Positions 36,929 to 47,391 of a stretch of 64,000 nucleotides of DNA are shown one piece after another (positions within the stretch are counted from its first letter, which is position 1; every line of letters starts with the position of its first letter). Location: assembly GCA_049287005.1 (NCBI GenBank), contig JBAQEZ010000003.1, positions 605,670 through 669,669 of the forward strand, written 5' to 3'. The notes under the pieces were generated by a model, which did no database searches, was not told where the DNA came from, and worked only from the letters and a program-made list of their open reading frames with translations. The stretch is from Candidatus Moraniibacteriota bacterium. GTDB lineage: Bacteria > Patescibacteriota > Minisyncoccia > Moranbacterales > UBA1568. The position numbers and the translations under genes are program-made.

Positions 36929-38031
36929 TTAATGCGACTGGAGATACCGGAGCTCGCTTTCGATAAAAATCTGCAAGTCCCCGTCCAACACTTTCCCCGT
37001 ATCACTGGTTTCCATACCGGTGCGATGATCTTTGACGAGCGTATACGGATGGATGACATATGAGCGGATCTGATTTCCCCACGCCGCGCTCTTGAAATCG
37101 CCGCGCAGCTTCCGTTTCGCCTCCGCCTGTTCTTCGATGTGCTTCTGTGCCATCTTGGAACGGAGCATCTTCATCGCTTCTTCTTTGTTCTGGAGCTGAG
37201 ACCGCTCGCTCTGACAGGCAGCCACCAGACCCGTCGGAATATGCGTGATACGTACGGCACTTTCTGTCTTGTTCACATTCTGGCCACCGGCACCCGATGA
37301 GCGATACGTATCGATACGCAATTCGTCTGGCTTGATGACCACCATCTCCACGTCATCGATGACTGGCATCACTTCCACGGAAGCGAACGATGTTTGTCTG
37401 AGACTGTTGGCGTTGAAAGGTGACAAGCGCACGAGACGATGAATGCCGGCCTCTCCGTGCAAATATCCATACGCATAGGCTCCTACGATTTCTATTGTAG
37501 CACTTTTTATGCCCGCCTCCGTGCCGCGTGATTCGTCAAGCAGATGGGTCTTCCAGCCTTGCCGTTCCGCATAGCGGATATACATGCGAAGCAGCATTTC
37601 AGCCCAGTCCTGGGCATCGATACCGCCGGCACCGCTTCTGAGAGTCACGAGCGCGCCTTTCGTGTCATATTCGCCCCCGAGCAAAGTTTTCAACTCCCAT
37701 TCTCCGAACGTTTTCTCTATCTCCGCATACTCTCTTTCCAATTCACTCGCGTCTTCAGGCTGCAAATCCTCCAAGGCTGCCAGCCCCTCAAGATCCGTCA
37801 CGGTCTTCTCCAACCCTTCGAAAGCAAGTTGTTCGCTTTGCAAAGCTTCCAATTCTTGCATGATCTGACCGGCTATTTTCGGATCATTCCAAAAACCCGG
37901 CTGCTCACTCTGGATCCTGAGTTCCTGGGTGCGAATGGCCTTCTCTCCAAAGTCAAAGATAGTCCTGCAACTGCAGGAGTTTTTGTCTAAGAACTGCTAT
38001 GTTTTCTTGCATCGTACTCATATGTCTCTGA
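36929..38031 (-). CDS. prfB: peptide chain release factor 2, with a programmed +1 frameshift at CTT TGA C (near 37952–37958)
   Basis: SPF and GGQ motifs. The upstream ORF MSTMQENIAVLRQKLLQLQDYL stops at TGA inside CTTTGAC, and a +1 shift joins it to DFGEKAIRTQEL...MQELEAL. Confidence 0.85.
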
Positions 38032-38105
38032 GTATACCATAATTCTCGTTCTCTGGGAAAGAAAAAACAGGCGCTTGTTGAGCCTGCCATATCCCTCTTC
38101 TTTTT

Positions 38106-38181
38106 TGGAGCCACCTTCCAGAATCGAACTGGAGACCTACGCGTTACGAGTGCGTCGCTCTACCGACTGAGCTAAGGTGGC
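38106..38181 (-). tRNA. tRNA-Thr(CGU)
   Basis: The reverse-complement reads GCCACCUUAGCUCAGUCGGUAGAGCGACGCACUCGUAACGCGUAGGUCUCCAGUUCGAUUCUGGAAGGUGGCUCCA. Confidence 0.85.
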
Positions 38182-38373
38182 TGATATCAAACGTTTCCCA
38201 GTCTACAACAAAAAAGCACAAACATCAACCCCGCGCTTATTTTCCAAGAGGCAAGAAAAACCCTTCTCTGGCAAGGGGCGCAGAGAGTATGTCATCGGAC
38301 GAAAAGAAGGAGCCTTCGCCAGAATACTGGGGAAAATAAATGCGGGATCGACCTGCCGTAGCACTGCCGCAAC

Positions 38374-39420
38374 CTACTTGGCCAGTTCGGCATCAATCGC
38401 TTGTTTCAGAGCGTCTATTCCGACCGCGCCCGGCAAGAAAGTGCCATTCACAAATGTTCCCGGCGTACCACTGATGGAAAAACTGGCAGCTTCTTCTCTA
38501 TCGGCATCAATCTTGTCCTGATATTTCTTCGTATCGAGACACTGCGTGAAGCTTCTCCCGTTCAACCCCAGCCGCCAGGCATAGTCCTTGAATTTCTGCG
38601 TACCGACTGTCTTTCCCCATTCATCCTGCTTCGCAAAGAGGGTGTCAGCGTAGGTTTGGAATTTCTTCTGCTCATTGGCGCAGGACGCCGCGAGTGCCGC
38701 ATTTTCTGCCTGCTGGTGAAATGAGAGCGGCAAATGCTTATAGACGAACGATACCTGATCGGCGTACTCTTTCGATGCCTTATTCAGATCAGCGTGAAAA
38801 GCTTTCGAATAAGGACACTGAAAATCCGAAAATTCGATAATAGTGACTTTCGCGTCTTTTGCTCCGCTTGTGATATCATCCTCCCTCACCGCTGGCAATT
38901 TCAGGTATTTCCCAACTGGTAGGCCGATTTTTCCCATATCAAAAAAATATTTCCCGCCTTCTGTCGCGAACAAGCTTGAAGCTTGGGCATAGAAATCAGT
39001 CACCGTCACAGTATCAGAGAATATGAACGCGGGCAGGGAGGCGATTTGAAATCGCTCGATCAACAGCTTGCCGAGATCAGAGTCAGTTTCAATCCGAGAG
39101 GCTTCGATAGTCGGCATCACACGACGCAACCACACCAACGCTTCGCTCGGATCGCACGCGATACAGCCGGTATCGGTTACCACCTGGACATTCACCTTCG
39201 GCTCGCCATAAGCCACCCATGTTTTTCCTCCCGTCTGCAGAAGATCATATTGCTTCACGGCACCGCCGGAAAAGCCGCTCCCTGTCATCAATTGCGCAAA
39301 ATCGACGAACAGACTGCCGACAAATAATCCCGCTAGAATAATCGCCAAAGCAGAAAAATGTTTCACTTTTTCACTGTCCGTGACTGTTGATTCGTTTTTT
39401 TCCGGGTAGAGGATATCCAT
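38374..39420 (-). CDS. DsbA-like thiol:disulfide oxidoreductase with tandem thioredoxin-fold domains (CIAC and CPYS)
   Basis: Carries TDTGCIACDP and EFSDFQCPYSKAF. The start was taken at MDILYPEK, followed by a TM helix. Confidence 0.65.
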   Translation of the reverse strand: MDILYPEKNESTVTDSEKVKHFSALAIILAGLFVGSLFVDFAQLMTGSGFSGGAVKQYDLLQTGGKTWVAYGEPKVNVQVVTDTGCIACDPSEALVWLRRVMPTIEASRIETDSDLGKLLIERFQIASLPAFIFSDTVTVTDFYAQASSLFATEGGKYFFDMGKIGLPVGKYLKLPAVREDDITSGAKDAKVTIIEFSDFQCPYSKAFHADLNKASKEYADQVSFVYKHLPLSFHQQAENAALAASCANEQKKFQTYADTLFAKQDEWGKTVGTQKFKDYAWRLGLNGRSFTQCLDTKKYQDKIDADREEAASFSISGTPGTFVNGTFLPGAVGIDALKQAIDAELAK

Positions 39421-39442
39421 ATGGCTGCGTCTATACATCAAA

Positions 39443-40000
39443 TTAATTATCAAATTCTGAGCACGCGCCGCCCTGCGCCGCGTAGTTTTCAAAAGAAGCG
39501 TCTCCTTGATTGATGATTTTCTGCTGCAACAGATTGATATCATACAAAGTCGCTTTCGGAGCCAACGTATAATCTTCAAAGCCGATGGTGATGCGCTCTG
39601 ACGCGATCGTCTTGATGGCCGCACCGAGAAAAAAAGCGACGACGAACAGGACCGTCAAGCTCCGTTTTGTATATTCGCCCCGTACCACCCATTTTTCGTA
39701 TATGTCAAAAAAGAAATTCCTGACATGTCGAAAATTCTTTTGAACGAACAGGGTCCGCCGATCAGCTCGAATGGAGAGTCGTCCGATCCGCAAAAGAAAA
39801 TTTGCATATGCCTCCTTGACAAAAAACACCCTTTGCCGCAAAAAATCGTTCCCATTGACAAAAGAGAATTTACCCTCCTTCATCTGCGGATTGCTGGCTA
39901 TGAATTTTCTGGTATGTTTCTTCGCTCGCTCGAAGGTCACGAGCATTCTCTCTCGATGAGTTTTGATTGCGGCCTTAAAAAAAGCTTTGCTTCGATTCAT
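39443..40000 (-). CDS. hypothetical membrane-anchored protein
   Basis: A 185-aa ORF with one TM helix. Confidence 0.4.
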   Translation of the reverse strand: MNRSKAFFKAAIKTHRERMLVTFERAKKHTRKFIASNPQMKEGKFSFVNGNDFLRQRVFFVKEAYANFLLRIGRLSIRADRRTLFVQKNFRHVRNFFFDIYEKWVVRGEYTKRSLTVLFVVAFFLGAAIKTIASERITIGFEDYTLAPKATLYDINLLQQKIINQGDASFENYAAQGGACSEFDN

Positions 40001-40100
40001 ATATCTTCTTTCCCTGAGAGAAGGGCTTTCAAAAGGTAATACGCTAAGTTATCACAAAGGCTTTTTTTGTACAAGTCGCCGTTACGACACGACAAGCCCG

Positions 40101-40442
40101 CTAGAGTTTCTCAATGTCTTCCAAAACGGCATCCAGGGCATCCAGACTTTTCGATCCCAGTCCGTCGGCCTTGCACGATGGATTATCCAGCTCCGCCCGC
40201 ACGAGCTCAATGGCCGAGAAAGGGCGCACCCCCTTCACGATATTGTCATTGATGGCGATATTCGGCCCATCTTTGCAGAATCCCAGGCATTCATGAATAG
40301 GCAAAACGAGAGCCTCTTCTTTGGTCAGGCCTTCTTTGAGATTCTTGTAGATATCCGCGGCTCCTTTTTGGCAACATTTTTTACCCAGACACACCTTCAC
40401 TGTGGCCCGAGCATCCTTGAATTTGTGGGGTATTTCTTCCAT
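40101..40442 (-). CDS. thioredoxin-like [2Fe-2S] ferredoxin
   Basis: CLGKKCC ... ECLGFCKDGP cysteine pattern. The start was taken at MEEIPHK. Confidence 0.55.
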   Translation of the reverse strand: MEEIPHKFKDARATVKVCLGKKCCQKGAADIYKNLKEGLTKEEALVLPIHECLGFCKDGPNIAINDNIVKGVRPFSAIELVRAELDNPSCKADGLGSKSLDALDAVLEDIEKL

Positions 40443-40653
40443 AAGCGTTCGTATATTATACCGGTAAATACGAGAAATATCAAGACTCTCTCCTCCCCTA
40501 TCCACTACCGAAAACAACTTGACTTTTCTGAGATTTTTTCATTTTTTAGAGTATAATTCCTTTACGAAAGCATCTTCTTATCATTAACGTAACCATGTGG
40601 TTGCCTAGAAAAAACATGCCGAGTACTCTCTCATCATTAACGCACACCATATT

Positions 40654-41010
40654 ATGGACGCAATGACATCAGGCAGTACCAAACCACTCTATCGTGGCAC
40701 GCAAATAGCGTGGTATCTCTTGGATTTTATAGAAGTGCTTCTCGCGTTTCGTTTCGTACTCAAGCTTCTCGGTGCCAATGCCGGTGCCGGTTTCACCAAT
40801 TTTATCTACATGGTGACAGGCCCGTTTACCGCACCATTCGTTTCTGTATTCAAAGTATCGAAAGCGCAAGGCAGCATCTTCGAATGGACGACTCTCCTCG
40901 CGATGTTTGTCTATTGGGTCATCGCCTGGGGAATCATTAGGCTCCTCGTCATGGGAAAAACAGTTTCCACGCCTGAGGCGGCAGTGAAGCTCGATCAGCA
41001 GGATCAATAA
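40654..41010 (+). CDS. YggT-family membrane protein
   Basis: Its hydrophobic profile and FRFVLKLLGAN...GPFTAPF fit YggT. Confidence 0.6.
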   Translation: MDAMTSGSTKPLYRGTQIAWYLLDFIEVLLAFRFVLKLLGANAGAGFTNFIYMVTGPFTAPFVSVFKVSKAQGSIFEWTTLLAMFVYWVIAWGIIRLLVMGKTVSTPEAAVKLDQQDQ

Positions 41011-41035
41011 AGTATGATTATTAACACTACGTATT

Positions 41036-41281
41036 ATGGGTATTCTCATTTGGATCATCTTCGGTGGCCTCGTCGGTTGGGTGGCATCGCTCCTGATGCA
41101 CACCGATAATCAGCAAGGCATCCTTCTCAATATCGTCGTGGGTATTGTCGGCGCTGTCCTAGGCGGCTGGATCATGACCCTTTTCGGTCAGGCCGGCGTG
41201 TCAGGATTCAATCTCTACAGCTTCATCGTGGCTCTCGTCGGATCCGTCGTCCTTATCTACATTGCGAAAGCGTTGCGCTGA
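41036..41281 (+). CDS. GlsB/YeaQ/YmgE-family small membrane protein
   Basis: GILIWIIFGGLVGWVASLL...VGIVGAVLGGWI. Confidence 0.7.
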   Translation: MGILIWIIFGGLVGWVASLLMHTDNQQGILLNIVVGIVGAVLGGWIMTLFGQAGVSGFNLYSFIVALVGSVVLIYIAKALR

Positions 41282-41304
41282 GGCTAGCTGGTCAATATGG
41301 TATA

Positions 41305-41335
41305 CAAAAAAGCCCTTTCACAAGGGCTTTTTTGA
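41305..41335 (+). terminator. rho-independent terminator
   Basis: AAAAGCCCTT-tcac-AAGGGCTTTT followed by TTG. Confidence 0.7.
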
Positions 41336-41401
41336 TTATCGAACGCAATTGAACAAAAAAACCCCACTGGCAAAACTTCCAGCAGGGCTACGCCACAGGC
41401 T

Positions 41402-42619
41402 TCAGAACTCAAAATGTCGCGGGACAACGACGATGCCGCTCTCATCGACATAGAGGCCGCGAGCGTGATCGGCATCGAGATTGACGCCGATACTCGTTCC
41501 AGACGGGATATCGACTCCTCTATCGACGATGACTCGCCTCAGGAGGCATCTCTCCCCGACCCGAACCTCGGAAAAAAGCACTGATTCCTCGATACTGGAA
41601 TTATATATCCGCACTTTTCTCCCACAAACAGCTTTATAGAGGTTGGAATCCTGAATGATGCATCCGCCACTGACCGCCGAACTCCTCACGAGACATCCGT
41701 GCTCATGCGTCTCGGTGAATTTCGCCGGCGGGAGGTTGTCATAGGGCGTCAAGATCGGCCATGCTTCGTTGTAGACGTTCAATTCCGGCGTGATGGATAC
41801 AAGGTCCATATTCGCCTCCCAGAGCGCGTGCACCGTACCGACATCGCGCCAGTAGTGCTCGCTTTGTCCAGGAATCTGGTTATCACAGAAATCGTATGCG
41901 TACACCGGAGCGCCCGCCCGCACCAGCTTGGGAATGATGTCCCTGCCGAAGTCATGCGAAGTGTCTGGATCCTGGGTGTTCTCCTCGAGAACCTGTTTGA
42001 GATACGAGAGGTCCGCAAAGTAGTCCCCCAGTGAGACGAAGCTCCGTCCAGGTTTCCCTGGTATTTCCTTCGGATGATCGGGTTTTTCTTCGAATCCGAT
42101 GACCTTGGAGTGTTCGTCCACTTCGATCACACCGAAGCGCCCAGCTGCCTCTGCCGTCGGCAGAGAGAGCGTGCAGACCGTAAAAACGGCATTTTTTTCC
42201 TTGTGGAAGCTATACATCTGACTGAAATCCATTGCGAAAATTTGATCTCCGGACAGAATGGCTGCCGTTTGGAATTGGCCCCGCCGGAGCACAAGAGGAA
42301 GATTCTGGTACACGGCGTCCGCTGTGCCACGATACCACTCGTTACCGAACATTTGCTGCGGCGGTACCGTGTGCACGGAAAAACCGAATTTCGGAGCTGA
42401 TGGCCAATGATCCTGCAAATGATCGATCAGACCCTGGGCACGGTACTGCACAAGCGCCATGATCTTATACAGACCGGAATTGAGGCAATTACTCATCATG
42501 AAATCGATGATGCGGTATTTGCCGCCGAAGTGCACGGCTGGTTTGGATCGGGAAGCCGTCAATGGGCCGAGACGCGATCCGACACCGCCAGCCAAAATAA
42601 GCGTAATGATGTTCTTCAC
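41402..42619 (-). CDS. glgC: glucose-1-phosphate adenylyltransferase
   Basis: ILAGGVGSRLGPLT...KPAVHFGGKYRIIDF...YRGTADAV. Confidence 0.8.
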   Translation of the reverse strand: MKNIITLILAGGVGSRLGPLTASRSKPAVHFGGKYRIIDFMMSNCLNSGLYKIMALVQYRAQGLIDHLQDHWPSAPKFGFSVHTVPPQQMFGNEWYRGTADAVYQNLPLVLRRGQFQTAAILSGDQIFAMDFSQMYSFHKEKNAVFTVCTLSLPTAEAAGRFGVIEVDEHSKVIGFEEKPDHPKEIPGKPGRSFVSLGDYFADLSYLKQVLEENTQDPDTSHDFGRDIIPKLVRAGAPVYAYDFCDNQIPGQSEHYWRDVGTVHALWEANMDLVSITPELNVYNEAWPILTPYDNLPPAKFTETHEHGCLVRSSAVSGGCIIQDSNLYKAVCGRKVRIYNSSIEESVLFSEVRVGERCLLRRVIVDRGVDIPSGTSIGVNLDADHARGLYVDESGIVVVPRHFEF

Positions 42620-42738
42620 CCTGTCCTCCTGTGTAAGATATGGAAATTGTTAAAATAACGGTAATGTATTCTGAAACAATTTCAACGATTTGTCAAGAGG
42701 AACACGTCTTCTGGCAGATAGAGGTTCCTTCTCTTATT

Positions 42739-43332
42739 TCACAAAACTATTTTCATCTTGTCTGCCGGCCACAATGCCTGGAGCAGATCCGCTCTCCCCT
42801 CACCTGTTTTGGCGGAATAGCGGATGATCGGGCAATCCGGAAACTCCGTCCGCAGGGCGCGGATATGGTTCGTCATGTCGTTGCGGCCGCCTTTGTCGGC
42901 CTTGTTGGCGATGATGAGCACGTTCCGCCCGTATTCGCGCAGGAGTTTGAATGTTTCCCGATCCGAATCCTTCGCCCCGATGGACGCGTCGACGATGAGA
43001 ACCGCCCAGTGGAAATCCACTTCCTCAGCTCCCGCGTACCAAGAGAGGTGCTTCTCGAGCTTGGCGCGTACCGCCGCCGGACGATTGGCGTAGCCGTACC
43101 CGGGCAGATCGACGAGGTACCAGGCATCATTCACGATAAAATAGTTGATTTCCGTCGTCCGTCCCGCCGAGGAACTGGAGCGCGCCAGCTGCTTCTGTCT
43201 GACCAGAGAATTGATGACGCTGGATTTTCCGACATTGGAGCGGCCGAAAAAAGCGATTACCGGCAAGGGTGGCTGGGGCAATCCTTCGGAGCCGATCACT
43301 CCCTTCACGAATTGTACTGATTGGATTTCCAT
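42739..43332 (-). CDS. engB: ribosome-biogenesis GTPase EngB/YsxC
   Basis: G1 motif GRSNVGKSS, then DLPGYGYA. Confidence 0.8.
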   Translation of the reverse strand: MEIQSVQFVKGVIGSEGLPQPPLPVIAFFGRSNVGKSSVINSLVRQKQLARSSSSAGRTTEINYFIVNDAWYLVDLPGYGYANRPAAVRAKLEKHLSWYAGAEEVDFHWAVLIVDASIGAKDSDRETFKLLREYGRNVLIIANKADKGGRNDMTNHIRALRTEFPDCPIIRYSAKTGEGRADLLQALWPADKMKIVL

Positions 43333-43392
43333 AAGTTCTCTTCTCTCTTACCTCATTCCGGATTCTCCGGATTCATGTGTTATTTTTTTGCT

Positions 43393-43947
43393 TCATAAAC
43401 CTAACAGCTTGTGAAAAGCTTCTTTTTCTTCCGAATACAGGCGCATACGATACATCTCGGCAAGGAAATCCTTGTGGCGGAATTTCTCGTCATCCGCGAG
43501 AAATAAGAAATCCTCAAAGCTTACCAACCTATTTTCGATACGTTCCCCGGCATCGAGATTCTGTTTTCCGATAACCTTGCAATCTCTAGCAATAAAAAAA
43601 TAATTTTCCCAATGAAGAAAACCGCGCGAACCGAACACCTTCCATTCTGTCCAGTCGTCGCTTTTCAACCCGGTCTCTTCGAGGAGCTCTCTCTTGGCGG
43701 CCGCGAGGACATCTTCGCCCTTCTCTATGAACCCTCCCGGCAGACTGATGAAGGGTTTCTTGTGAGGCTGTTCCTGACTCTGAACAACGATCTTTCCGTC
43801 CTGAATAGCGATGATAGTAGCTGCCGGATACCGTCGTATATTTTCAAATGTAGTCTTGGAACCATCAAAAAGCTCCTGCTCCCACTGATATATTTCACAG
43901 CGAGTTCCTTTGAAAACCAGTTTCGCTTTTTCTGGAAGTTCTGACAT
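43393..43947 (-). CDS. Nudix hydrolase
   Basis: Nudix box PGGFIEKGEDVLAAAKRELLEETGL. The start was taken at MSELPEK. Confidence 0.75.
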   Translation of the reverse strand: MSELPEKAKLVFKGTRCEIYQWEQELFDGSKTTFENIRRYPAATIIAIQDGKIVVQSQEQPHKKPFISLPGGFIEKGEDVLAAAKRELLEETGLKSDDWTEWKVFGSRGFLHWENYFFIARDCKVIGKQNLDAGERIENRLVSFEDFLFLADDEKFRHKDFLAEMYRMRLYSEEKEAFHKLLGL

Positions 43948-43951
43948 ATTT

Positions 43952-44251
43952 TTATTCCTTCGACTGGAAACCGATGGTGGACGAGGGGGCTTCGGAGGCT
44001 TCGACTTTTCCGAAGCTGGCCTCATACTTACCAAGATTGCCCTCGAGGACACGAATCATCTGTTTCAGATGAGCCGGCGAAACGATGACGCGCGCATTCA
44101 GAGTTCCTGCCGGCGGGAACATATTCATGAAGTCCAAAACGAACTCCTGCTTGGTATGCAAGACCTGCATGGCATTAGCATACACACCTTTCAGCACTTC
44201 GTCCGTCGCCTTGATTTGAATTTGGCTCTGTCCTGGTTGTTGTTCTGTCAT
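43952..44251 (-). CDS. small conserved hypothetical protein (DUF3467-like)
   Basis: YANAMQVLHTKQEFVLDF. Confidence 0.45.
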   Translation of the reverse strand: MTEQQPGQSQIQIKATDEVLKGVYANAMQVLHTKQEFVLDFMNMFPPAGTLNARVIVSPAHLKQMIRVLEGNLGKYEASFGKVEASEAPSSTIGFQSKE

Positions 44252-44261
44252 AGAGAGATTG

Positions 44262-44960
44262 TTAAAATTTTCGATGAGGAAATTGAACGATATAGGCTAC
44301 CTGCGCTTCGATATATTCCGGCTTCTCGCGCCGATAGGAGAAATACTTTTCAGACAAACAATAGGTACATTCGTTCCAGTCAGAGATATGATCAAGAGCA
44401 ATCCCCGCGTCCGCGGTCTGCTTCCGGATGATGCCTTTCAGATCTGCCCGAATATTTTTGTCTCGGATAATAAAGTCGTCATAGGCCGCAAAGGCAGGCA
44501 GCGCATCGTCTTGGATTTCGAAATACTCGGCACAGATGCCCGGGCCGATGGTCACAGCGATCTTGGCTGCCTTTCCGCCCATCCCGACCATCGTCGCGAT
44601 CGTTTTTTCTACGATTCCCCCGACAATCCCTTTCCATCCGCAATGCGCGAGCCCGATGATGCCCGCCGTTTTTTCTTCGAAGTACACAGGAAAGCAATCC
44701 GCTCCCGTGAGGGTCAGGATAATTTCCGGTGATTTGGTAACGAGCGCGTCAGTACGAAGGATGAAATAGTCCGATGCGGCATCGACTTTTTCAACGTTTG
44801 TGCCATGTACCAGGTTGGCTACGATAATCTTCCTCCCGCCCAGACCCTTCGCCTCGAAAAATCGCTTCCGATTGGCGATATTCTCCGGCAAGGCATCAGT
44901 GACGGTGAGATACATCGAACCGTCCCCTTTCTCCGAAAATCCCTTTTGTACTTTTTTCAT
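44262..44960 (-). CDS. pgeF: YfiH/PgeF-family polyphenol-oxidase-like protein (peptidoglycan editing factor)
   Basis: HGTNV...GADCFPV...GLAHCGWKG. Confidence 0.75.
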   Translation of the reverse strand: MKKVQKGFSEKGDGSMYLTVTDALPENIANRKRFFEAKGLGGRKIIVANLVHGTNVEKVDAASDYFILRTDALVTKSPEIILTLTGADCFPVYFEEKTAGIIGLAHCGWKGIVGGIVEKTIATMVGMGGKAAKIAVTIGPGICAEYFEIQDDALPAFAAYDDFIIRDKNIRADLKGIIRKQTADAGIALDHISDWNECTYCLSEKYFSYRREKPEYIEAQVAYIVQFPHRKF

Positions 44961-45091
44961 AATTCACATTCTGACACACAATACCCTCTTTTCAAAATAG
45001 TCCCCAAACGATTGACTTTTCGGTCTTATCAATATACTATGTTTGGAAGTCTTTTTAACAACTGAAACAATATTACAAAAGGAGATTCCAA

Positions 45092-45622
45092 ATGCCCAAA
45101 CAAGCGTTGTTTATCATCATTGAAGACGGTAAACTCGTCCCGTCAAATGATCCCCAGCTCTTCAATCCATGGCTACAGACACTCAAGACGCTCTACGCGG
45201 CATTCCGCAAAGAAGACGGCCGCGATCCGCCCAGCAAGATTATTCCTTTCGATAACGAACGCGTTATTCGCTTCATCGCCAGTAGTCGCAAATGGCTTTA
45301 CGATAGCGACTTCACGGCCTATGGTATGGCTACGCTCGTCCTCTGCAATCACGGCACCGGAAAGCGATTTGTCGGCCATATCGAAGACGTCTTTGTTTGT
45401 CAGGAATATCGCTATCAAGGCTATGCTGAACAGCTGATCCTCGCCGTCAAAAACGAAGCGGTGAAACGGAGTGTCATCTATCTCGAGCTTACAGCCAATT
45501 CACAAAGAGCCGCCGCACACCGCCTGTATGAAAAACTCGGGTTCCGCATGATTGCCCAAGCGGTCCCTGACACCGACAACCGGGCGACCAACCTCTTCCG
45601 TTTGCCCATCAGAACAATGTGA
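45092..45622 (+). CDS. GNAT-family N-acetyltransferase
   Basis: VGHIEDVFVCQEYRYQGYAEQLI (motif A). Confidence 0.65.
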   Translation: MPKQALFIIIEDGKLVPSNDPQLFNPWLQTLKTLYAAFRKEDGRDPPSKIIPFDNERVIRFIASSRKWLYDSDFTAYGMATLVLCNHGTGKRFVGHIEDVFVCQEYRYQGYAEQLILAVKNEAVKRSVIYLELTANSQRAAAHRLYEKLGFRMIAQAVPDTDNRATNLFRLPIRTM

Positions 45623-45687
45623 AGTCAAAAACCTGCCCTGGCAAGGCCCAGACTACAAAAGGAGCCCACAAGGTTCCTTTTCTTTTC

Positions 45688-45996
45688 CTATTTCGTCTCT
45701 TCCCTGATCCAATCGGCGTAGGACTTATTGGATTCCACTTCAAACTTCATGATGCACGGAGTTTCGTAGGGATGAATCGCTAGAACGATCTTCTTCACCT
45801 TCGTCCAATTTTCTTTTTTCGTTTTTACAAGCGAAACGATTTCTTTCGAATTCTCTATCTTCCCCTTCCACCAATATGCACTCTCGATAGGGAAATAGTT
45901 TACACAAGCAATCAATTTTTCTTTCAACAAAGCCTCAGCCACTTTCTTAGCTTCTTTCAGATTCTTATGCGTGATATAGATAATGATGAATTTCAT
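45688..45996 (-). CDS. cutA: divalent-cation tolerance protein CutA
   Basis: IACVNYFP...ESAYWWKGKI...HPYETPCI. Confidence 0.75.
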   Translation of the reverse strand: MKFIIIYITHKNLKEAKKVAEALLKEKLIACVNYFPIESAYWWKGKIENSKEIVSLVKTKKENWTKVKKIVLAIHPYETPCIMKFEVESNKSYADWIREETK

Positions 45997-46007
45997 AAGT
46001 TTTATTC

Positions 46008-46601
46008 TTAAGCTGTATTTCTGAAACGAAATAATCGTTGAAAAAATCCTATTGTAAGAACAAAGACAAGCGTGTTGAGCAGAAAGAGATACAGAGGGAA
46101 TGCCGTGTTGATGAAATCAAAATTTGTTTTTGAGAGCAAGGCCAGTCCCAAACTGACGCATCCCATAGACCAGGAGAGCTGCGATTCTGATTTGGGCATC
46201 TTCCATACCTTCACGAGAGTCGGTACCGCAAAAAGGAAGTCCGCGCTGATGTTCATCGCAAGCGCGGTAGCGGGAGCATCCAGGAGAAGCCACGCCATGT
46301 ATGCAGCGATCCCGAGCGTAAGAGAAAACACATCTATAAGAGAAAATATCGTCACTCCGCGATAGAGGGAAAGAATGAAAATAGCCGTGCAAACAATAGC
46401 CGCAGCATAGACCACCATGACGGATGCATCCGTGCCATGGGCTGATTGGATGAGCGCGGCTGTCCATGTCAGGAGCGTCCAGCCGAACCATGTCACGCGA
46501 TTCGGCCGCGTCTCACCGCGAAAGGTATCCAGAAAATACGGGATGATCCCTATGAAATAGATACCGACTCCAATAACGCCAATAATCGTGTGAATGTTCA
46601 T
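46008..46601 (-). CDS. polytopic membrane protein, hypothetical
   Basis: Six predicted TM helices. Confidence 0.5.
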   Translation of the reverse strand: MNIHTIIGVIGVGIYFIGIIPYFLDTFRGETRPNRVTWFGWTLLTWTAALIQSAHGTDASVMVVYAAAIVCTAIFILSLYRGVTIFSLIDVFSLTLGIAAYMAWLLLDAPATALAMNISADFLFAVPTLVKVWKMPKSESQLSWSMGCVSLGLALLSKTNFDFINTAFPLYLFLLNTLVFVLTIGFFQRLFRFRNTA

Positions 46602-46617
46602 GCGACCTTTTCTAGAA

Positions 46618-47343
46618 TTATTCTTTCATATATTTTTCACTAGCATCAATAATAAATTTTTGCATGTTACCCACAGCATTAATTCCCATTGCTTCCTTTA
46701 GTTCATTTCTAACTTTTTCAAAACCGTTTTTACTATATAATTCCTCGATAGTTTGTGATGCTTTTTCAATTAGTTCCATTCTTTTGTTATTTTGTTTCGC
46801 CGTTAAACTGTCTGAGTTCTGTAAAATAATCAGGTAATGATTATCAGCCATAAAAGCAATGCGTCTCTTATTAATTTCTTCAACACTTTTTAAATCATCA
46901 TTCGGTAACCATTTCTCATATTTTTTTCTTAGTTTGATAAACTCAATAATTATATTTTGAAACTCCTTTTCATTCTCCGTACCTGGAAGACCATTTATCC
47001 AAAGCCAATCGTCTAGCTTATTCAATGTATCAATGTAAGTCTCATAAAACGCTTTCCTCTCATTATACAAGGATACAGAATAATGAGAATTAATAGCTAA
47101 TTCGAATAGCTGGTTATTTTTATGCCTATTAATCCCGATCAAAATAACAATTATAGATACAATCACAGATAATGCTGTGTTTATTGTTGAAAAAATATTT
47201 TCATACTTCTTCGGATTATCCAGTGACAAAAAAAGAATGCCCAGCCATATACCAGCAACAGTTAAACCAATGACCCACCCAACTAGTATCAACTCTTGTC
47301 TTCGAAATTTCGTATTCATATTCCCTATCTTAATCAGTGTCAA
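46618..47343 (-). CDS. hypothetical membrane-anchored protein (a low-GC insert in the high-GC core)
   Basis: AT-rich, with two N-terminal TM helices, flanked by GC-rich genes. Confidence 0.45.
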   Translation of the reverse strand: MTLIKIGNMNTKFRRQELILVGWVIGLTVAGIWLGILFLSLDNPKKYENIFSTINTALSVIVSIIVILIGINRHKNNQLFELAINSHYSVSLYNERKAFYETYIDTLNKLDDWLWINGLPGTENEKEFQNIIIEFIKLRKKYEKWLPNDDLKSVEEINKRRIAFMADNHYLIILQNSDSLTAKQNNKRMELIEKASQTIEELYSKNGFEKVRNELKEAMGINAVGNMQKFIIDASEKYMKE

Positions 47344-47391
47344 CTACATAAACTAAGAGCGGAGGAAAAACCTCCGCTCTTAGTATACTCC

